Assembly (NCBI GenBank): GCA_902806005.1
Contig: CADCUY010000466.1
Coordinates: forward strand, 1-42,586
Length of the DNA stretch: 42,586 bases
From: an uncultured Quadrisphaera sp.
GTDB lineage: Bacteria > Actinomycetota > Actinomycetes > Actinomycetales > Quadrisphaeraceae
Direction: 5' to 3'
Shown here: one piece after another, positions 24,545-32,554 of the stretch
Numbering within the stretch: the stretch's first letter is position 1
Layout of the letters: each line of letters starts with the position of its first letter
Made by a program: the position numbers and the translations under genes
The notes under the pieces: generated by a model
Database searches by the model: none
Told to the model about the DNA's origin: nothing
Seen by the model: the letters and a program-made list of their open reading frames with translations, nothing else

Positions 24545-25819
24545 ATGCCCCTCACCACGCTCGCCGACGCCCGGGTCGGGCGCCGCGACCTCTTCGCCGT
24601 CCTCGGCCTGGCCGCCGGAGCGACCGCCACCACCGCTCCGGCGTGGGCGTCCGACACGCCGGCGCAGGACGGCGACCTGGGCCGCCTGAACGCCTCCGAA
24701 GCGGTCGAGCCGTTCCCCGTGCGCGTCCCCCGCAGCGCTCTGGCCGACCTGCGCCGGCGGTTGAGCAGCACCCGCTGGCCGGACCGGGAGACGGTGCCGG
24801 ACGCCAGCCAGGGAGCCCGCCTGGAGCAGGTGCAGGAGCTGTGCGAGTACTGGCGCGAGGACTACGACTGGCGCCGCGCCGAGAGGCTGATCAACGACGC
24901 CGGCAGCTCCAAGACCGAGATCGACGGGCTCGGGTTCCACTTCCTGCACGTCCGGTCCCCGCACGCCGACGCGAAGCCGATGATCATGACCCACGGCTGG
25001 CCCGGGTCGATCCTGGAGTTCGCCGAGGTGATCGGCCCGCTGACCGACCCCACCGCTCACGGCGGCCAGGCCTCCGACGCCTTCCACCTGGTCATCCCCT
25101 CCCTGCCGGGGTACGGCTTCTCGGAAAAGCCGACGGAGACCGGGTGGGGCGTCGGACGCACCGCTGCCGCGTGGGCGACGCTGATGGCCCGGCTCGGGTA
25201 CGACCAGTACGTCGCCCAGGGCGGGGACTGGGGTGCCGCCGTGACGGGGATGCTCGGCATGATGCGCCCCGCCGGCCTGCAGGCCATCCACGTCAACACG
25301 GTGTTCCTCGCCCCCCAGCCCGGCGACGAGGTGGACCCCTCGCCCACCGCTGCCCTGGCCATCGAGAAGGCGAAGGCCTTCGCCACCACGGACGCGGGCT
25401 ACCTCCAGCAGCAGGGCACCCGGCCGCAGACCCTGGGCTACGGGCTCGCCGACTCACCGTCCGGTCAGGCGGCGTGGATCTACGAGAAGCTCTCGAGCTG
25501 GAGCGACAACGGCGGCGACGTCGAGAGCGTCCTCACCAAGGACCAGATGCTCGACGACATCATGCTGTACTGGCTGACCGGCTCCGGTGCCTCCTCCGCC
25601 CGGATGTACTGGGAGAGCCTGGACGACCTGGACCTCATGGTCGACCTGCCGACCGGCGTGAGCGTGTACCTCAACGACGTGAACATCGCCCCCCGCGAGT
25701 GGGGGAGCCGCAGCTTCAGCAACATCACCTCCTGGAACGAGGTCACCCCGGGTGGCCACTTCGCGGCGTTCGAGCAGCCGGAGGTGTTCGTGCGCGAGGT
25801 CCGCGACTGCTTCCGCTGA
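24545..25819 (+). CDS. Epoxide hydrolase (EH N-terminal domain plus alpha/beta fold) with a twin-arginine signal peptide
   Basis: The Tat signal reads MPLTTLADARVGRRDLFAVLGLAAGATATTAPAWA/SD. Catalytic motifs are HGWPGS and the nucleophile GGDWG. AAGGAGA lies 4 nt upstream of the ATG. Confidence 0.9.
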   Translation: MPLTTLADARVGRRDLFAVLGLAAGATATTAPAWASDTPAQDGDLGRLNASEAVEPFPVRVPRSALADLRRRLSSTRWPDRETVPDASQGARLEQVQELCEYWREDYDWRRAERLINDAGSSKTEIDGLGFHFLHVRSPHADAKPMIMTHGWPGSILEFAEVIGPLTDPTAHGGQASDAFHLVIPSLPGYGFSEKPTETGWGVGRTAAAWATLMARLGYDQYVAQGGDWGAAVTGMLGMMRPAGLQAIHVNTVFLAPQPGDEVDPSPTAALAIEKAKAFATTDAGYLQQQGTRPQTLGYGLADSPSGQAAWIYEKLSSWSDNGGDVESVLTKDQMLDDIMLYWLTGSGASSARMYWESLDDLDLMVDLPTGVSVYLNDVNIAPREWGSRSFSNITSWNEVTPGGHFAAFEQPEVFVREVRDCFR

Positions 25820-25931
25820 CCCGCTGCCCCGACTCCCGGGTCGACCCGGGGGTCGGGCCTCGGCGCGGCGGCTGGCCGCCTGACCCGGATCGACGCCCGC
25901 ACCGCCCGCCCCCGCGTCCCCTGGAGGACCC

Positions 25932-26279
25932 GTGTTCATCGCCACCGTCGCCGTCACCGCCCTGCTCGCCGCCGTGCTCCTGGGCTCGGCCACCGCCAAG
26001 CTGCGCCAGGACGCCACGGTCATGGCCGGCATGCGCGCCGTCGGGGTCCCCGACCACCGCGTCCCGGTCCTCGCCGCGCTGGAGATCGCCGGGGCCCTCG
26101 GGCTCCTCGCCGGGCTCGTGGTCTGGCCCCTGGGGGTCGCCGCAGCCGTCGGGGTCGTGGCCTACTTCACGGGGGCGCTCGTCGCCCACGGCCGCGTGCG
26201 CGACCGCGCCGTCGGCCCGCCGACGGTGATCCTGGCCGTGGCTGTGGCGGCGCTGGTGCTCCGGCTCCTCAGCAGGTGA
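25932..26279 (+). CDS. DoxX-like small integral membrane protein
   Basis: 115 aa with four hydrophobic spans. GGAGGA lies upstream of the GTG at 25932. Confidence 0.72.
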   Translation: MFIATVAVTALLAAVLLGSATAKLRQDATVMAGMRAVGVPDHRVPVLAALEIAGALGLLAGLVVWPLGVAAAVGVVAYFTGALVAHGRVRDRAVGPPTVILAVAVAALVLRLLSR

Positions 26280-26341
26280 CCCCGGGGCGGCCGGGCCGAG
26301 CCCGCGCCGGGACGTCGGGCCCAGCGGTCGGCTGTCGCGGA

Positions 26342-26417
26342 GCCCGGGCCCTCACGAGAACCGGACCTCGACGAGGGGGCTGCCGGCGACGAACGCCTCG
26401 AGGGGCGCCGGTGGGCC
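26342..26417. repeat. Copy A of a 76-nt repeat (3' end of the FDOR gene plus 10 nt of downstream sequence)
   Basis: Hand alignment with 35068..35143 gives 73/76 identical positions. Confidence 0.9.
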
Positions 26418-26786
26418 GTACAGGGCCCTCATCCTGTCCTGGTCGAGGACGGCGACGACCTCGGCGAGCAGGCGGCGCCGTTCGCCCTCCTCGGTGACCG
26501 GTACCGCGGTGGCCGCCAGGTCCGCCCGCACCCCGTGCTTGAGGTGGACGGTGAACGCCGGGTGCGCCACGAGGTTGGCGTACCAGCCCCTGGTCGCGGG
26601 CGGGCTGCTCAGGTGGACCTTGCCCTCGATGCGGTAGAACCAGATCTCGATCCGGCGCTGCTCGCCCGAGCGGCGACCGGTCGTGGTGATGTCGATGGTG
26701 CGCTCGCGCGGGGGCGACGCGCGGTCGATGGCCAGCGCCCTGACCACCGCCGGGTCCCGGGCGTCACGCCCAGCGGGCCGGGTCAT
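26352..26786 (-). CDS. Deazaflavin (F420H2)-dependent nitroreductase family protein (FDOR-A / DDN-like)
   Basis: RERTIDITTTGRRSGEQRRIEIWFYRIEGKVHL...WYANLVAHPAFTVHLKHG. The ATG at 26786 overlaps the stop of the upstream SDR (ATGA). Confidence 0.85.
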   Translation of the reverse strand: MTRPAGRDARDPAVVRALAIDRASPPRERTIDITTTGRRSGEQRRIEIWFYRIEGKVHLSSPPATRGWYANLVAHPAFTVHLKHGVRADLAATAVPVTEEGERRRLLAEVVAVLDQDRMRALYGPPAPLEAFVAGSPLVEVRFS

Positions 26787-27763
26787 GCCGCTGACGAGGA
26801 CGGTGACCGGAGCATCGCGGTGGAGACCTCCCACAGTCGTGATGCCGCCTCGGGGTCCAGGGCCCACCGGCGCACGCCGGCCCCGACGCGGGCGTCGTCG
26901 GCGACGGTCGGCGCCTCGGCGCAGTCCTCGAGGTAGTGGCCGCCCGTACCGGCGAACTCCGGGGCGACGGCGGCGACCAGCGTCGTGGCCGCGCCCTGCT
27001 GGGTGGTCTTCATGAACAGCTCACCCGATGCCTGCATGGTCACCCAGCCGTCCTTGACCTCCTGGGGGATGTGCTTCTGCAGCCCGGTCGCGATCCCGCC
27101 GGGCATCAGCGCGTTCGCGACGATGCCGTGCTCGGCCCACCGGCGGGTGGCCTCCACCGCGAACAGCACGTCGGCGGTCTTGGACTGGCCGTAGGCGGCC
27201 CACTGGTCGTAGGGGCGGCGCTCGAAGTGGATGTCGTCGAAGACCACCGGGGAGCTCAGGTGCCCGCTGGAGCTGAGCGCGACGATGCGAGAGCCGCCGA
27301 GCCGGTCGTCGTCGGCTGCGCCGTCGGCCAGGGCGTCGTGCAGGCCCACGGCGAGGGCCAGGTGGCCCAGGTGGTTGGTCGCGAACTGCGACTCCCACCC
27401 CTGCGCGGTGCGCACCAGGGGCCCGGCCATGATCCCCGCGTTGTTCACGAGCAGGTGCAGCGCGCCCTCCCACTGCTGCGCGAAGGCCACGACGCTGCCC
27501 TGGTCGCTGAGGTCCAGGTGCCCCACGCGCAGGTCGGTGGCACCGGTGGTGGCCGCGATGTCGTCGGCGACGCGCCGGCCGGCGTCGGTGCTGCGCACCG
27601 CCAGGGTGACCTGGGCCCCCGCCCGGGCCAGGGACCGGGCCGTCTCGACGCCGATGCCGGAGGAGGCGCCGGTGACGACGGCGCGCAGCCCGCTCAGGTC
27701 GATGCCGGCGACGACCTCGTCAGCGGTGGTCGTGGCGCTGAAGCGCGTGGTGATCAGGGTCAT
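26783..27763 (-). CDS. SDR family oxidoreductase (retinol dehydrogenase/WWOX-like subgroup)
   Basis: MTLITTRFSATTTADEVVAGIDLSG, VVTGASSGIG, NNAG, S..Y.QSK. GGAGGA lies 7 nt upstream of the ATG at 27763. Confidence 0.9.
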   Translation of the reverse strand: MTLITTRFSATTTADEVVAGIDLSGLRAVVTGASSGIGVETARSLARAGAQVTLAVRSTDAGRRVADDIAATTGATDLRVGHLDLSDQGSVVAFAQQWEGALHLLVNNAGIMAGPLVRTAQGWESQFATNHLGHLALAVGLHDALADGAADDDRLGGSRIVALSSSGHLSSPVVFDDIHFERRPYDQWAAYGQSKTADVLFAVEATRRWAEHGIVANALMPGGIATGLQKHIPQEVKDGWVTMQASGELFMKTTQQGAATTLVAAVAPEFAGTGGHYLEDCAEAPTVADDARVGAGVRRWALDPEAASRLWEVSTAMLRSPSSSAA

Positions 27764-27851
27764 GGGGTGGTCCTCCGGTCCTGGCCCCCACCGGCCGGGC
27801 GTAGCGCAGGGGCGCGCCACCGGTCCTGGGGCAGCGGCTGCACCGAGCCGT

Positions 27852-27866
27852 GGTGATCACCGTACG
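27852..27866. promoter_or_regulatory. Palindrome cluster GGTGATCACC plus CGTACG about 90-100 nt upstream of the SDR start
   Basis: Read directly from the sequence. It is the only AT-enriched, self-complementary patch in the 539-nt spacer. Confidence 0.35.
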
Positions 27867-28302
27867 AGCAGTGGCGGGGTGCGACCAGGGTCTGATGGAC
27901 CCAGGTCCCCCAGGACCCGGCCTCCCGGCTCCAGGCCGCTCGGGCTCCGTGGACCTCGTCGTCGGAGGGCGGCCCGGCAGCGGTCCGCGAGGCACGGGTC
28001 CCGAGCCCCGCGTGGACCGGCGCAGGTCCGAGGGCGACGGAGGGGCCCACCAGGCCACCGCCAGCTGCACGGACAGGCCGCCGGCCCCCCGTCGCGCTGC
28101 GTGCCGGGTGGCACCGGGCGAGCGGGGGTCAGGCGCGTGGTCTCCCGCCTGCCGCGGTGGGGTCTGCTGTGGACTCCCGCCCTGCGCGAGGCCGCGGAGC
28201 CGCGACGTCACGGCCGGGGTCGCCCGCAGCCCACCGGCCCTCGTCGGACCCCGCTGACCCGACCCTGCGGCCCGGGGGTCGGCCGGCTGGTGCGCGAGGC
28301 CG

Positions 28303-28899
28303 TCACCGGCCCGCCGGCGCGAGCGCCCCGAACGCCTCGTCGACCAGCCCCCCGAGCTCCGGGCGCCCCTCGGCGGCGACCCAGTGCTCGAGCGCGGTCA
28401 TCAGGCACTCCATCGCCGCGGCGACGCGCGCGTGCAGGACCACGGAGGACGGCGGAGCTGGGGCCGCGCGCTCGCTCAGCACCTGGACCAGCCGCGGCCG
28501 CCACCCGGCCTGCTTCTCCCTCAGGCGGGCGCACAGCGCGGGCGTCCGCCCCACCAGGCGCAGCAGCACGAACCCCTCGCCCGGCTCGCGGGTGAGCTGC
28601 CGGACGGCGGGGTCGAGGGCCCGGCGCAGCGCAGCCCAGTCGTCCTCACCGGCCGGGCGGGCGCGCAGGGCGTCGACCAGCGCGTCGCCGAGCGGGTCGA
28701 AGGTCGACAGGACCACCTCCTCCTTGCTGCCGAAGTAGCGCAAGAAGGTGCTCCGCGACACCCCCGCCGCAGCGGCGAGGTCGTCGAGGGTGACCCCGTC
28801 GAAGCCGTCACGGCAGAACTGGACGAAGGCCCCTCGCGCCAGCTCCTCGCGGACCGCGGTGCGCCCGATGCTGCGAGTGATCGTTCCGGTGGCGTCCAC
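28303..28899 (-). CDS. TetR/AcrR family transcriptional regulator
   Basis: HTH FVQFCRDGFDGVTLDDLAAAAGVSRSTFLRYFGSKEEVV. GTG at 28899 gives a typical N-terminal length but has no spaced Shine-Dalgarno, so it may be leaderless. The ORF-track start at 29016 is unlikely. Confidence 0.83.
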   Translation of the reverse strand: MDATGTITRSIGRTAVREELARGAFVQFCRDGFDGVTLDDLAAAAGVSRSTFLRYFGSKEEVVLSTFDPLGDALVDALRARPAGEDDWAALRRALDPAVRQLTREPGEGFVLLRLVGRTPALCARLREKQAGWRPRLVQVLSERAAPAPPSSVVLHARVAAAMECLMTALEHWVAAEGRPELGGLVDEAFGALAPAGR

Positions 28900-28965
28900 C
28901 CCCTCAGGGTAGGCGACCCGTGGTCCTCGGCCACGAAGTCGATACCGATGGTCTAGTCTGACACT

Positions 28966-28985
28966 CAGTACCAGTCTTGGTACTG
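28966..28985. promoter_or_regulatory. Operator-like palindrome CAGTACCA-GTCT-TGGTACTG
   Basis: Read directly from the sequence: 8-bp perfect arms. It lies between TetR (28899) and the divergent COG2085 gene (29031). Confidence 0.7.
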
Positions 28986-29030
28986 CGTAGCCGATGCCGC
29001 GAGGCGTCGTCACCACTCGTGGAGGAACCC

Positions 29031-29771
29031 GTGACCCAGACCCTCGGCATCATCGGCAGCGGCCAGGTCGGCGGCGCCGTCGCGCGCCTCGCCGCCACCG
29101 CCGGCTGGGACGTCGTCCTCAGCAACTCCCGCGGCCCCGAGACCCTCGACGGGCTCGTGAGCGAGCTCGGGCACCGCGCCCGGGCGGCGACCCCGGCCGA
29201 GGCGGCCGCGGCGAGCGACGTCGTCGTCGTGGCCGCCCCGCTGCTCGCCCTCGACCAGCTGCCGCGCGAGGCGCTGGCGGGCAGGGTCGTGATCGACGCC
29301 ATGAACTACTCCCCGGAGCGCGACGGGCGGATGCCCGACCTGGAGGCCGACCGGCTGACGTCGAGCGAGCTGGTGCAGCGCCACCTGGCCGGTGCCGTGG
29401 TGGTCAAGGCGCTGAACAGCATCACGCCGCAGCACCTGCTCGCCCTCGCCCGGCCCGCCGGTGCCCCCGACCGCAGCGCGCTGCCGACCGCCGGGGGCGA
29501 CGCCGCCGCCAAGGGGGCGGTCGCCGCGGTCCTCGACGGCCTCGGCTACGACGCCGTGGACGTCGGCGACCTCGCCGAGAGCTGGCGCTTCGGCCCCAAC
29601 ACCCCCCTGTACGCGCTCGCCTACGGTGGAGAGGTCCCGGCGGGGATGAGCGGGATGGCGCTCTACACCTGGTTCCTCGCGACGCCCGGTGCCCCGGTGG
29701 CGGCCGGGCAGGTCGAGCGGCTCGCGCGCGACGCCGTCCGCGGCCCCGCCGCCCTCTCGCTCGACGGCTGA
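29031..29771 (+). CDS. NAD(P)-binding oxidoreductase, COG2085 / F420_oxidored family (NADPH-dependent F420 reductase-like)
   Basis: VTQTLGIIGSGQVGGAVARLAATAGWDVVLSNSRGPETL.... GGAGGA lies 4 nt upstream of the GTG. It is a paralog of 14058..14747. Confidence 0.85.
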   Translation: MTQTLGIIGSGQVGGAVARLAATAGWDVVLSNSRGPETLDGLVSELGHRARAATPAEAAAASDVVVVAAPLLALDQLPREALAGRVVIDAMNYSPERDGRMPDLEADRLTSSELVQRHLAGAVVVKALNSITPQHLLALARPAGAPDRSALPTAGGDAAAKGAVAAVLDGLGYDAVDVGDLAESWRFGPNTPLYALAYGGEVPAGMSGMALYTWFLATPGAPVAAGQVERLARDAVRGPAALSLDG

Positions 29772-29922
29772 GCCGGCGGTCCGCTCCCGGCGTCCGGCTG
29801 GGGGCGAGCCCGGGTCGACGCCGGCGGTGTGTCCGGCCGCGGTGACGCGGGGGCCGTCGACGACGCCGCGGTGGACGACCTCGCCGGACCGGCGTCGAGG
29901 CGTGGTCCCCGCGGCCGCACGG

Positions 29923-30618
29923 TCACCAGGCGGCGACGCCCTGCCGGTCCCGGAGCTGACCGCTCGGGCCGTCGGGGCCGATGGTGGCGAGCTCGACGAT
30001 GGCGTCGGTGCCCTCGGTGACGGTCTGCGGTCCGCTGTGCCCGTTGAAGTCGGTGGCGGTGTACCCGGGGTCGGCCGCGTTGACCTTGATGTCCGGCCAG
30101 GACTTCGCGTACTGGGTGGTCAGCATCGTCAGCGCGGCCTTCGAGGCCGTGTACAGCGGCGCGGGGAACGTCGACTCGACCCGGTCCGGGTCGTGGGTGG
30201 CGGCGAAGGAGCCCATGGCGCTGGAGACGTTGACGATGACGGGGTTCGCCGAGGCCCGCAGCAGCGGCAGGAAGGCCTGCGTCACCCGGACGACGCCGAC
30301 GACGTTGACGTCGAACACGGCGGTGGCGTCCGCGGCCGTGAGCTGCTCGGCCGGCTCGTACGGCTGGTTGACGCCCGCGTTGTTGACGAGGACGTCGACC
30401 GCGCCCTCGTGGGCGGTGACGTCGGCGACGGCCGCGGCGACCGAGGCGTCGTCGGTGACGTCGAGCTGGACGAAGCGGGCGCCGAGGGCGTCGGCGGCGG
30501 CCCGGCCCCGCTCGCGGTCACGGGCGCCGAGGATGACGGTGTGGCCGGCCTCGAGCAGGCGGCGGGCGGTCTCGTGGCCGAGCGAGCGGTTGGCTCCGGT
30601 GATGAGGGTCGTGGTCAT
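29923..30618 (-). CDS. SDR family oxidoreductase
   Basis: MTTTLITGANRSLGHETARRLL, NNAG, SS..YTASKAAL; 231 aa. Confidence 0.9.
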   Translation of the reverse strand: MTTTLITGANRSLGHETARRLLEAGHTVILGARDRERGRAAADALGARFVQLDVTDDASVAAAVADVTAHEGAVDVLVNNAGVNQPYEPAEQLTAADATAVFDVNVVGVVRVTQAFLPLLRASANPVIVNVSSAMGSFAATHDPDRVESTFPAPLYTASKAALTMLTTQYAKSWPDIKVNAADPGYTATDFNGHSGPQTVTEGTDAIVELATIGPDGPSGQLRDRQGVAAW

Positions 30619-30737
30619 GACCACGACCCTGCTCCGGTGGCCGTGGGCCGACCAGTGCCCGGGTCGACGGGGGGACGGCGCGACGGTGGGACGGGCAGTA
30701 CCAGGCTCGCGAGCCGGGGACGAGGGACGATGACCTC

Positions 30738-31589
30738 GTGGAAGAGGACCTGGGCACCGTCCTGCGACGCTGGCGCGACCGGCTCTCCCCGCGCGACGTC
30801 GGGCTGCCCGAGCGCACCGGGCGGCGGGCCGCGGGGCTGCGGCGGGAGGAGCTGGCCACCCTGGCCGGGCTGTCGGTGGACTACCTGGTGCGCCTGGAGC
30901 AGGGGCGGGCGACGAGCCCCTCGGCGCAGGTCGTGGCGACGCTGGCCAGGGCGCTGCAGCTGCAGCCCGCCGAGCGCGACCACGCCTACCGGCTGGCGGG
31001 CCTGCTGCCACCCGCCGACGGGACGATCTCGACGCACGTCCCCGCGGGGGTGCAGCGGATGCTCGCCCGCCTCGGCGACTTCCCGGTCGGCGTCTTCAGC
31101 GCCGACTGGACGCTGCTGACGTGGACCCCCTCGTGGGCGGCGCTGATCGGCGACCCCACCGCTCGCGGGCCCGAGCAGCTCAACCTCGTGCGCGCGGTGT
31201 TCACCGAGGGCCCGAGCGGGCTCGCGTCGTGGCCGGTGCGCCACGACGACGACGACGCCCTGCCGGGCGCGCTGGTCGCCGACCTGCGCAGCGCCCTGGT
31301 CGACCACCCCCGCGACGTCGGGCTCGCGGTGCTCGTGAGGGACCTGCGCACCACGAGCGCGCACTTCGCCCGGCTGTGGGACCAGGGCGCCGTCGGTCAC
31401 CACGTCTCGGCGCGCAAGACCGTCGAGCACCCCGAGGTCGGCGACGTCACCTGCGACTGCGACGTGCTCACCGTCCCCGGCAGCAGCCTGCGGATCGTCG
31501 TCTACACGGTCGCGGCGGGCTCCGCCGACGCCGAGAAGCTGGAGTTCCTGCGCGTCACGCGCGGGGTCCCCGTCGCGCCGGGAGCCTGA
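30738..31589 (+). CDS. MmyB-like transcriptional regulator (XRE HTH plus MmyB-like domain)
   Basis: LGTVLRRWRDRLSPRDVGL...GLRREELATLAGLSVDYLVRLEQG.... It is divergent from the SDR at 29923..30618. Confidence 0.88.
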   Translation: MEEDLGTVLRRWRDRLSPRDVGLPERTGRRAAGLRREELATLAGLSVDYLVRLEQGRATSPSAQVVATLARALQLQPAERDHAYRLAGLLPPADGTISTHVPAGVQRMLARLGDFPVGVFSADWTLLTWTPSWAALIGDPTARGPEQLNLVRAVFTEGPSGLASWPVRHDDDDALPGALVADLRSALVDHPRDVGLAVLVRDLRTTSAHFARLWDQGAVGHHVSARKTVEHPEVGDVTCDCDVLTVPGSSLRIVVYTVAAGSADAEKLEFLRVTRGVPVAPGA

Positions 31590-31648
31590 ACCGCTGGGAC
31601 CCGCGCCGTGGGCGGGCGGAGTCGGAGGACGGTGCTGACGAGCTGCAG

Positions 31649-32521
31649 CTACCGGGGCCAGTACGGCCGGAGGCTCGCCGCGAGGAGCCGGTCGAGGACC
31701 CGGTCGGGCAGGACGCGCGTGAGGGGTGCCAGGAGCGCCGCGTCGCGGCCGACGGTGTACCGCGTGCGCGGTCGCGCTGTGGTGGCGGCCTCGGCGATGA
31801 CGGAGCCGGCCCTGTCAGCCGGCTGGCCGGCGCGGGTGAACCTCAGCGAGTGGGCGACGACGGCTCGGACGAGTCCGCCGTAGCGCTGCTGCTGCTCCGG
31901 GCTCATCCTCGCGGCGAGGGCGGTGGCGGTGGCGGCGCCGCGCTCGCCGATCTCGGTCCTGACGGCGCCGGGCTCGACGACGACGACCTGCACCCCGTGG
32001 GGGGCCAGCTCGCGGCGCAGCGAGTCGCTGACCGCCTCGAGCGCGAACTTGGCCCCGGCGTAGGCGCCGTAGGTCGCCATCGCGACCTTGCCGCCGACCG
32101 AGCTGATGTTGACGATCCTGCCGCGGCTCTCGTGGAGGAAGGGCAGCAGCGCCTGGGTGACCGCGACGTGCCCGAACAGGTTGACGTCGAAGAGCCGCCG
32201 CCACTCGTCCAGGGGGAGGGTCTCGACCGGTGCGTTGACGGAGATGCCCGCGTTGTTGACCAGGGCGCGCAGCGGGCGTCGGTCCGGGTCGGAGGCGATG
32301 CGGTCGACGAGGGCCCGGACGTGCTCGGGCCTGGTGATGTCGAGGGTCACCGGCTCGACGCCGTCGGCCGCGATCGCGTCGGCATCGGCTCCACGGCGGA
32401 CGCCGGCGAGGACGTGGTAGCCGCGGCTGGCGAGCGCACGGGCCGTCGCGGCGCCCATGCCCGTCGAGGCGCCCGAGACGACCATGAGCTCGCTGCGGTA
32501 TGACGTTGTCACATCGACCAC
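31649..32521 (-). CDS. SDR family oxidoreductase
   Basis: MVVSGASTGMG, NNAG, SS..YAGAKFAL; 290 aa from the GTG at 32521. Confidence 0.9.
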   Translation of the reverse strand: MVDVTTSYRSELMVVSGASTGMGAATARALASRGYHVLAGVRRGADADAIAADGVEPVTLDITRPEHVRALVDRIASDPDRRPLRALVNNAGISVNAPVETLPLDEWRRLFDVNLFGHVAVTQALLPFLHESRGRIVNISSVGGKVAMATYGAYAGAKFALEAVSDSLRRELAPHGVQVVVVEPGAVRTEIGERGAATATALAARMSPEQQQRYGGLVRAVVAHSLRFTRAGQPADRAGSVIAEAATTARPRTRYTVGRDAALLAPLTRVLPDRVLDRLLAASLRPYWPR

Positions 32522-32548
32522 TCTGGCGGCACTGGTGTGACATTGTCA
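32501..32548. promoter_or_regulatory. Two copies of an 11-bp palindrome TGAC-RTT-GTCA (32501..32511 and 32538..32548)
   Basis: Read directly from the sequence. One copy lies in the 33-nt SDR/TetR divergent gap, the other in the first codons of the SDR. Confidence 0.65.
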
Positions 32549-32554
32549 ACTAGG

